Source: Octopus vulgaris
Taxonomy: Eukaryota
Length of the DNA: 64,000 nucleotides
Direction of reading: 5' to 3'
NCBI GenBank assembly: GCA_951406725.2
Contig: OX597825.1
Location: 75,578,001-75,642,000, forward strand
The notes beneath the pieces are model-generated. The model ran no database searches. It worked only from the letters and a program-made list of their open reading frames with translations, and had not been told where the DNA came from. Each line of letters starts with the position of its first letter. Positions within the stretch are counted from its first letter, which is position 1. The position numbers and the translations under genes are program-made. Positions 44,119 to 64,000 of this stretch are shown here, in pieces.

Positions 44119-45163
44119 TTATATATATGTAGGTGATGTATGTGTGTGAGTGTTGTGTGTGTGTGTGTGTGTGTGTGTGTGCACACTGTGTGCGTGTGTG
44201 TGTATATGTGTGTGTGCGCGCGTTGTTTGTGTGTGTGTGTGTGCACGTGTGTATATATGTGTGTGTGTGCACTGTGTGCGGGTGTGTGTGTATGTGTGTG
44301 TGTGTGTGTGTGAGCATTGTGTACGTGTGTATGTATTTACATATGTATCTGTTTTTATATATATATATATATGTGTGTGTGTGTTGTGTGTGTATATGCA
44401 TGGTATGTGTGTATATGTTAGTACTTTGTTTGTGTGTATGTGCGGCATGTAGAGATATATTTGAGTGTGTACGCTATAGGTTTGTAATTTGTGTGTGGGG
44501 GGGGGGGGGGTGAATTTTTTATATATATATATGTGTGTGAAAAAATATATGTATGTGCATGTATGTATGTATGTATGTGTGTATATATATATATATGTGT
44601 ATATATATGTGTGTGTGTGTATGTGTGTGTGTGTATATTTATTTGCATGTTTATGTGTGTATAAACATGTACATTATTTGCATGCGCATTGTGTATATGT
44701 ATATTGTATGTATGTGTATTGTATATGTACGTGTACAATTAAGTGTATATATTTGTGTGTATGTGTGCACTGTATATATGTATATTGTAGGTGTGCTATA
44801 TGTGCATGAATACATGTATATGCATTGCGTGTATATATATGTATGCATTGTGTGTGTATGTATGTTATGTGTGTGTGTGTGTATATATATATTATATGTA
44901 TGCGTATGTGTATGTGTATGCATTGTATGTATGTGTGTTGTGTGTATATGTGGTACATCTATGTATGTGTATGTAAACACTATTTATATGTATATGCATT
45001 GTCTATATATATATATATTATATGTATGTATTACGTATGTATATTGCATGCATATATTGTGTATGTATATTACTTACATGCTGTATGTGTGTATTGTATG
45101 TGTGTATATATATGCTAGGTGTATTTGTGTGATATTTATATTATGTATGTATGTGTGCGTGTG

Positions 45164-45218
<55 letters not shown>

Positions 45219-45420
45219 TTATATATCTGTGTATGTTATATATAGATACATGTTATATTTGTGTGCTGTGTGTATATGTGATATATGTGGGTGCGTTGTG
45301 TGTGGGTGTGTGTGTTCTGTGTGTGTGTGTGTTGTTTGTATGTGGTGTGTGTTTGTATACTATGTGTGTGTGTGTGTGTGTTGTTGTGTGTGTGTGTGTT
45401 TGTGTGTATATATATGTGTG
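44119..45420. repeat. Degenerate (TG/TA)n array inside the Penelope 3' region
   Basis: Direct reading. Confidence 0.9.
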
Positions 45421-46023
45421 TGACAAACAGATGCTGTCTGACCAGCAGGCAAGGACACATCTATTCACACCCGCATACTAACCTCCTGATAACCCCAAAA
45501 TCATTCATGCATAAAGGGGAAGTATACACCACATTGGCTACTTCTTCTGTTCTCTCAGTTCAGCCTTTCTGCTAATACTGACAGGTCAGTAAAAACATAC
45601 TTAAAATATTCTGAGATGTACAAAAAAGCCATTTTAATTTTTGCTGTCAAAACGCTGTATATATATACCAAAGATTGTATATATATACATGTAATGTGAC
45701 AATTTGCGACAACCAATAATTAACGCAACCAATTCCCAATAATATATTTGTTTTATCCTTTTCTGCCAAATTTTCCCAAATAATGTGACAATTATGTATA
45801 AAAAAACATTTTTGAATTCATAATATCCAATGTGACAATTATGTAAAAAACATTTTTGAATTCATAATATCCAATGTGACAATTATGTAAAAAACTTTTT
45901 TGAACCCATAATATCCAATGTGACAATTATGTAAAAAACTTTTTTGAATGCATAATATTCAATGTGACAATTATGTAAAAAACTTTTTTTGAACCCATAT
46001 TATTCAATGTTTCCTTAAATGTA

Positions 46024-46064
46024 ACTTTTGACAATCTTTTACCAAAGAGTGAAACCGGTTAAGT
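46024..46064 (+). ncRNA. Minimal hammerhead (U3-A8 variant) in Penelope 3' end
   Basis: ACTT-TTGACAA-TCTTT TACC AAAGA-GT-GAAA-CCGG-TT-AAGT; palindromic stem III. Confidence 0.6.
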
Positions 46065-46103
46065 AAATAAACATCGTTTAAATTGCATTTTCAAACCTTT
46101 TTT

Positions 46104-56061
<9,958 letters not shown>

Positions 56062-56346
56062 TATCAACAATTGAGGGTAAAATTAATTAGTTATTAATCA
56101 ATTTCACCAAGTATTCAGTATGTAAAAGGACCATCCAAGGCGAATTCAAAATATTACATTATATAATTAGGGCTTAGTAAAATAAATTACTTTGCCACAT
56201 ACTGAATTTGCTAGAAATAGCAGCCAAAAAAGTTTTTTTGCCATTTCCACTACTTAAAGAAAATTTCTCTCAGATAATGTTTACTCAAAATAACTCACGA
56301 AGGTATGGAGGTAAAAACAGAAAAATATCACAAGTACAAAGATTAT

Positions 56347-56407
56347 TTGAGAACGTTAACGTTTCTAGATTAGCCAAATAAACTCAGCATTTCTTTCGTC
56401 AGCTCAA
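56347..56407 (-). ncRNA. Type I hammerhead ribozyme, canonical core
   Basis: TTGAG-CTGACGA-A[AGA..GCTGAG TTTA TTTGGC..TCT]A-GAAA-CGTTAACG-TT-CTCAA. Confidence 0.85.
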
Positions 56408-56910
56408 CATTTCTTATTTTGGATTTGGAAGCACTAAAAAGAAAGAACATACCCTTTGGCGACTTATCACCTCAGATGACCCGTTCAGACTGCCAGTACC
56501 AACAAATTCAAAATGTGCAAGCGAAGATTCCCTGCTCTCCTCTTCCACCCACGTGGGTTATCTAGCAAACATTATATTTTAACGGTGAGAACCGAGGCAA
56601 TATGACAGAGAGAAATGAATTATAATATCAACAATTGAGGGTAAAATTAATTAGTTATTAATCAATTTCACCAAGTATTCAGTATGTAAAAGGACCATCC
56701 AAGGCGAATTCAAAATATTACATTATATAATTAGGGCTCAGTAAAATAAATTACTTTGCCACATACTGAATTTGCTAGAAATAGCAGCCAAAAAAGTTTT
56801 TTTGCCATTTCCACTACTTAAAGAAAATTTCTCTCAGATAATGTTTACTCAAAATAACTCACGAAGGTATGGAGGTAAAAACAGAAAAATATCACAAGTA
56901 CAAAGATTAT

Positions 56911-56971
56911 TTGAGAACGTTAACGTTTCTAGATTAGCCAAATAAACTCAGCATTTCTTTCGTCAGCTCAA
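56911..56971 (-). ncRNA. Type I hammerhead ribozyme, second copy
   Basis: Identical to 56347-56407. Confidence 0.85.
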
Positions 56972-57016
56972 CATTTCTTATTTTGGATTTGGAAGCACTA
57001 AAAAGAAAGAACATAC

Positions 57017-57343
57017 ACACACATACATATACATATACATATACATATATATACACATACCCATGTACGTACACACAGATACACATATACATACATATAT
57101 GTATACATATATGCATTTGTATATATATGTGCGAGTGGGTATACATATATGTATGTATATGTATGTATATGTGTATCTTTGTGTACGTACATGGGTATGT
57201 GTATATATATGTATATATATGTATATGTATATGTATATGTATGTGTGTGTATGTATATATATATGTATGTATATGTGGGTATGTATGTACATGTATAGAT
57301 ATATGTGAATATGCGGGTGTATATATGTGTATATATATATATA
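57017..57343. repeat. Degenerate TA/CA/TG microsatellite
   Basis: Direct reading. Confidence 0.9.
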
Positions 57344-58820
57344 AGGAGTAGTTTATAGAGCCAAGGTGCAAGTGGAAGGCTCATCGGAATACAAGACATA
57401 CACAGGGGCTTCAGAAAATTCATTTAAAACAAGATTTTATTCTCATAAGAATTCTTTTAAATACCCAGAGAATAGAAAGAAAACCAGCCTAGCAAAATAT
57501 GTCTGGGAACTAAAAGAAAAGGAAGCCCCACCTTTCAACGTGACATGGAGCATTCTGGACAGGGCGGCACCATACAGGCATGGAGCTTACAAATATAATT
57601 TCAAGTGCAGGCTTTGCTTATTAGAAAAAATGCATATATTATTCAAAGACAATAATTCTTTGAATCAAAGAAGTGAATTAATGAACTTATGTAGGCACAA
57701 GGCTAAATTTAAAATGTCGAATATAAATATACCATATGGATAGAGTATATATTTTGTATTTTGATTTTTTGATTTTGATTTTGACTCTTGAGCGCTACAA
57801 CGGACCTATAGCAAAGTCTTATTGTTTCTACATATATATTAGGAAAAACCTACAAACTTTGTTTTCATGTTATTGTATTGCATAAGATTACCTTGATTAT
57901 TTATATTACCTTGATTATTTATAAATGACCCAAAATAGGATGTTATATTTTATTTTATAGGTCTTTCGTATATATTTTTATTAATGCACCCATTTTTTAA
58001 AAGCAATGTTTTTTTATAAAAAAAGCAATGTTGTCAAATTTAGAATGTTTATATAAGTTTGTGTATAGCAAAGCATATGTATTTGTAAGCATGCGTATCT
58101 GTGTATGTGTGAGTGAAAGTATGCTTGTGCTTAAGCACACATATACACGACGGTATGTATATGTATCAATTCAAACTTGTGTATGTATACAGGCCTCTAT
58201 AGATGCCAAATAACATCGCTACAATTTTTTTCCCCACCCCTCCTCCGTTCCTTTTTCTCTCTTTCCCTTTCTTTCGTTCCCCCTCCTTGCTCAGTATATG
58301 AGAATTGCTACATAGATGAATTTTAGCTTGCGTGCGAGACGGTTTGCGTGAATATATGTACACATGCTTTTATGTGTATAATTTAGATTCATATTCATAC
58401 GTCTGTATATGTATGTATGGCGTTTACGCGCATCCTTTTGTGTATGTTGATATATATATGTGGATTTTAATATAAATATGTATTGCAGTATTTATAACAG
58501 GTTTAATTTCTATGCATTAATTTGTACTGTCTTCATTAACGGCAACAGGTTTTTTCCTCGGTATTTTCCTCGGATTTTATAATTTTTATAAGTTTTTATA
58601 TATATATACATATATTTTTGACCTTTTTGTTTATCGCTCGAAGATTGACCGTTTTTTCTAAAGGGCCAATCAAACAAGTCCATTTCTTTTTAAAGGTGTA
58701 GCGTTTGTAAGAGTATAGATTGAATTAATATATATGTTCCATTCTAGCAAAAACTGTCTGATGAACGGCAACGAGAAACTCAGAGTAACAGATTTTGTTG
58801 ATTTTTCTGCTGCATAAAGT
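57344..58820 (+). mobile_element. Penelope-like 3' fragment (GIY-YIG domain plus 1.1-kb 3' UTR), same type as 34848-35568
   Basis: GVVYRAKV..YTGASENSFKTRFYSHKNSF..TSLAKYVWEL..CRLCLLEK..LNQRSELMNLCRH. Confidence 0.87.
58745..58800 (+). ncRNA. Type I minimal hammerhead ribozyme
   Basis: TAGCAAAAACTGT-CTGATGA-A CG GCAA CG A-GAAA-CTCAGAG-TA-ACAGATTTTGTTG; 13-bp stem I with one mismatch. Confidence 0.85.
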
Positions 58821-58837
58821 ATATATATATATATATG

Positions 58838-59716
<879 letters not shown>

Positions 59717-61010
59717 CATCATTATCATCGTCATCGTTTAACATACGCTTTCCATGCTGGCATGGGTTGGACGCTTTGACTACAGACTGGTGATCCAGAT
59801 GGCTGCACCAGGCTCCAATCTGATCTGGCAAAGTTTCTACAGCTGGATGCCCTTCCTAATGACAACCACTCCGAGAGTGTAGTGGGTGTTTTTATGTGCT
59901 GTTGGCACAAGGTCCAGTCTGGTGGTACTGGCAATGACCACGCTCAAAGGTGTTTCTTACTTGCCACCTGCACAGGAGCCAGTCTGACGGCACTGACAAC
60001 AACCACACTTGAATGTTGTTTTTCCCATGCCACTGGCACATGTACCAGTAAGTCGATACTGGCAACGATCACGCTTAAATGGTTATTTTTACATGCCACC
60101 GGTACAGGAGCCAGTCAGCAGCTCTGGCAACGATCACACGCGTATGGTGCTTTTAACGTTCCACTGGCACAAGTGCCAATCAGGTGGTACTGCCATCGGC
60201 CATGTCAGTGATTTTGATTTCACTTTCCTCAACAGGTTTTTGCAAGCAAAGTTTATTGTCCAATGAATGAAGGTTACTCATAAGTAGGCTGGGTATACAC
60301 CACTGCCATAGGCCATGAGAAATAGTCTCACTTGGCTTGCCGGATCTTCTCAAGCACAGCATATCTCCAAAGGTCTCAGTCACTAGTCATTGCCTTTGTG
60401 AGGCTCAATGTTTGAAGGTCATGCTTCACCATCTCATGTCAGGTCTTCCTGGGTCTACCTCTTCCACAGGTTCCCTCAACAGCTGTCCTCATCCATTTGC
60501 AACACATGACTATACCAGCACAGTCGTCTCTCTTGCACACCATATATGATGCTTCTTAAGTACAACTTTTCTCTCAGGGCACTTGCACTCTGTCATGTAT
60601 GCACACTGATATTGCACAGCCAGTGGAGCATACTGGCTTCATTCCTTGCAAGCTTATGCATGTCCTCAGCATTCACGGCCCATGTATCATGGCTATTCAT
60701 ACACATGAATCATACAGTCTACCTTTTACTCTGAGCAAGAGGCCCTTTGTCACTAGCAGAGGTAGGATCTGTCTGAACTTTGCCCAAGCTATCCTTACTC
60801 TAGCACCTACTCTTTCACAGCATCCACCTCCCACTACTGACTTGGTCACCTAGGTAATGGAAGCTATCAACTACTAGTTTTTCTCCCTGGAATGTGGCAG
60901 AAGTTGTTCTCTGCACATTTTCAGTGTTTATTGCTCCTGAGCATCTACCACATACAAAAACTGTCTCCCCAGTTAGTATTTGGTCTTGATAGCCATTCAT
61001 AACTGCCTCA
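59717..61010 (-). mobile_element. Decayed RTE-clade LINE 3' portion
   Basis: FVCGRC..VVDSFHYLGDQVSSG, RLCWYSHV, GRGRPRKT*; tandem ~60-bp 3' UTR units 59880-60200; (GAT)n tail. Confidence 0.85.
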
Positions 61011-61144
61011 ACAAGTTGGCATAGTACTCTCCATTGATGGTGTGGCCCTTTTGAAGACAGTCTCTGACTCAAAGCAGTAAAGTCAAGATTTCACGGCTCT
61101 AGCATCACTACTGCATAGACAGACTATGGATTTCAACCCACCTT

Positions 61145-61232
61145 CATAGCAGAAGACACTTGTCCAAGGTGCCATGTTGTGGGACTGAACCCAAAATCAT
61201 GCAGTTGGCAAACTTCTTACCATACTGCCACA
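61145..61232 (-). mobile_element. SINE S2 head fragment
   Basis: agaagacacttgtccaaggtgcc..gggactgaaccc (antisense B-box and body). Confidence 0.65.
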
Positions 61233-61329
61233 TCTGTGCTCAGACAACCCATTCTACAAGTCCTAAATAATGGGATAAGTTATGTGTGCCTTGGATGAAT
61301 GGTATAAATGCATAATTTAGTATTTTGTT

Positions 61330-61913
61330 ATATTTTGGAATGGTCATATTGCCAGTTTAGCCAATGAAAACACACGCACTATATATTTGGTGTTATTTTG
61401 CTTCAGTGATATTTATTTTTTACATTAATCTTAATCTTATTTCGGCCAGAGTTCTTTCGTCACACTCCTGTGACCGCATCAGTGGTCCTTTGTTTTCTTC
61501 TTTCGTATTTGTGTCTCTCCTTACTAACAGTCAGCCATTTTGTATTTCTATTGTATGTCTTCATTTGCGCATGCTTATATCTCTATATGCGTCTATGTTT
61601 ATTTAGTGTGTGTGTGGGGGGATGCCTGTAATATTTGTATCTTCTGTTTATATACATTCATGTAATTTGTATTTTGTTTTTGTTGTTGTTGCTTTTGTTC
61701 TAATTTTGTTCATGTGTTTACATCCACCCAATATTATCATTACATATGCTTGTATGTATGTATAACAACAATATTAGTAATAATAAAAATAAATCTAATC
61801 GAAAAAAAAATATATACACATATATATATACTCATATACATATACATATATATATATATATATACATATATACACATATATACATACATATACATACATA
61901 TATACATAGATAC

Positions 61914-61960
<47 letters not shown>

Positions 61961-64000
61961 CATATACATACATATATACATACATAGATACATATACATA
62001 TATATAGTTATTCATTTCTATTTGTTTATTTATCTGTGTATTTATTATGTTTTTGGTATCCTCTATCGTCATATGTTGTGGTGTGTGCTATTGCTCCATT
62101 CTAGTTTTCTATTCAGGCTAGGTTTATTTTCTATTATATGTGTAGCCTCTGTAATTTGTCTAATTGTTGCATCTGCTCTATGTGTGGACAATTTCTTAAT
62201 CTCTATGTTATTGATTGATCCCCCGTGTTCCTGTTCGGCGTGTTGGTACAGAATCGATGAGCTTTTACCTTCCTTGAGTTGTCTCCAATGTACATTCACC
62301 CGCTTTCCTATGCTTCTTGCCGTTTCCCCTACGTATGTTATTGTCTTGTTACTGCATCATCCCTCTATACATCTTATACTATAGACTACATTTCTGGCTT
62401 TACAGTTTGTTTGTGGGCTAAATCTACATACAGTGCAATAGTTATCCGTACAGGGGGTTCTACTAAAAGGATAGGTTCTACCAATTATAGATTTGATAGG
62501 GTTGCCTGGCTTTTCAACAACCTTAATTCTTAGTTTAAGTTTATCTAGGGTCCTTCTAAAGCGGTACGCCAGTTCACCTCCAGGGGTGGTGTCAACGAAC
62601 ATGACACTCTGGTATTTATGGCTATCATACCAAGTGTTGGCCTTCCCTATTTTCTTTTTTGTCCTTTCTATAGTGTTCCATGACTTGTTCCTATAGAGTG
62701 GGCAAATCCCATTCCTATCATTACATAATATATTATCAAATTTCTTCATGGCTCCTTTGTATACTCTGATCCTTTCTTTATGGCTGTAACCTGAGAACTG
62801 CATGCGGTGAATGAAATACTGTATGTGTCTCTTTAATTCTGTAGGCTCGCACATGCGTGACACATTTCTCATTATTCTGACGAGGTCTGCCATCAAAATA
62901 TTGAATTTGGCATTGCCCGCAATGGCTGAGTTCCGGTGGATCAGGTATTTTGAGGCCATAGGTTTGGCATAGTAAGGATTTGGGTTTTATTTTTCACAAT
63001 TTCTAGCCAGAGTTCAGTGTCTAGTACTGGTAGTCTATGGTTGGGGTGTTTAGTGGGGTAGTCTATTGTGACCTTAATACTCTGGTGGATGGAGTTAGCT
63101 ATTTGCTGGATGCTCTCCATAGTGTTAGTTTCTATTACTATATCAACATTACTCTCTTGTGGGGGTGCCTTTACCACTATGTTGATATCATCAACATAGC
63201 GAGAGTACATGTTTACGAGTATGGATTTTTGCAGTAGGCGTTCTTTAAGCCTTCTGTTCCACCATACCATGAAAAGGTTGGCCACATCACCAGCGATACT
63301 AACACCGATGGCTGCCCCCTCGTCCTGGGCATATACTTTATTATTAAATTTAAACGTGTGGCCTTTTAGGGTAACTCTTATACTAGCTCCTAGTGCATGT
63401 GCGATCATTTTCTTTACCTGATGGACATTTGCGGGGCTCCATATGGCTCTGGTCCATCCGCGCCATCTTTCTATATGAGTCTTCCTAGCCATAGAAGTAA
63501 TTGTAGGCAGTCTACCTCTTAAACATCTACTGGGGCAGAAACTACTATGATTATGTTTATCTAAGTATTCATTATTACATGTCAGTCTAAGTAGGAGGCC
63601 CAGTTCTTCTGTGTTGACATTACAGAACTCCACCTGGCTCTCGTTGATCATCTCCATGCACTTCTCCACTGCAAAATCTACGTCAATCGATGGGTATAGG
63701 GATACCACATCCATGCTACCTACTATACATCCTGTCAAGTCACAAGTTTTGTTACAGTCACTGATCCTGCTTAGGAGATCTTCTGTGCTGTCACACACAT
63801 CAGGTGACATCCTGATTATAGGGCGTATGATCATTGAGAGGAAGTAGGAGATTCTGTAATTGCTAGCGATATTCGCTCCACAGACTGGTCTTGTTGGTGG
63901 TCCTGCTATAGGGTCAGTAAAAACTTTATGGTCCTTGCGAAGTCCATACAGTGCCGGGATATCATTGTTCCAGGCTTGGAAATTATTCGCAGTACGTTTC
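61330..64000 (-). mobile_element. Penelope-like element, Naiad-like (RT plus C-terminal GIY-YIG), runs off window; left boundary approximate
   Basis: [74 protein letters not shown]; frameshift ~62965; ORF ends 62069. Confidence 0.88.
61444..61488 (-). ncRNA. Degenerate hammerhead in the Naiad-like 3' UTR
   Basis: GGACCA-CTGATGC-G GTCACA GGAG TGTGAC-GAAA-GAAC-TC-TGGCC; perfect stem II, weak stems I and III, A9 changed. Confidence 0.55.

Larger units (their letters stand above)
56061..57016 (-). mobile_element. Non-coding hammerhead element: 392-bp direct repeats with 564-bp period (retrozyme or Penelope pLTR-like)
   Basis: 56061-56452 matches 56625-57016 (one mismatch seen); each repeat holds a canonical hammerhead on the minus strand; microsatellite flanks. 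Confidence 0.85.

Noticed and set aside
56075-56122. Second hammerhead-like motif CTGAATA..GAAA (minus strand) in the 564-bp unit
   Set aside because: G8 is missing and stem I cannot form.
61525-61570. SECIS-like ATGAA-N12-AAA..TGAC on the minus strand
   Set aside because: Helix II pairs over only ~5 bp and the 3' arm is too short; not credible without a SECIS search.

Overview
This is eukaryotic, AT-rich, repeat-dense DNA. The SINE and RTE motifs resemble those I associate with octopod cephalopods (inference, not verified). 1-19 kb: old decayed elements (two mariners, hAT, Tx1/L1, RTE, HERO-type, CR1, tRNA-SINEs) plus three phase-compatible + strand exons (2342-2547, 12461-12557, 18460-18689) of a host gene with divergent PLAT/LH2-like repeats. 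About 19.2-59.7 kb, apparently inside an intron of that gene, is a retroelement pile-up in (TA)n DNA. Fourteen near-pure (TA)n tracts (0.16-2.2 kb, roughly 11-12 kb in total by my coordinates) separate 10 young copies of three related APE-RT LINE families (A, B, C; CR1/L2 group), several Penelope-like (GIY-YIG) pieces and non-coding hammerhead-ribozyme units. Every insert abuts TA or TA-rich microsatellite on both sides. I read 8 hammerhead folds by eye, including a 564-bp-period 1.7-mer with two canonical ribozymes (retrozyme or circular-RNA candidate). The three LINE families and a SINE share a co-varying two-hairpin 3' signal. A Naiad-like Penelope at the right edge has an in-frame UGA beside a Zn-finger cysteine (possible selenocysteine). 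All YIYI-type ORFs are microsatellite artefacts. TA tract lengths and homopolymer frameshifts could partly be long-read assembly errors.
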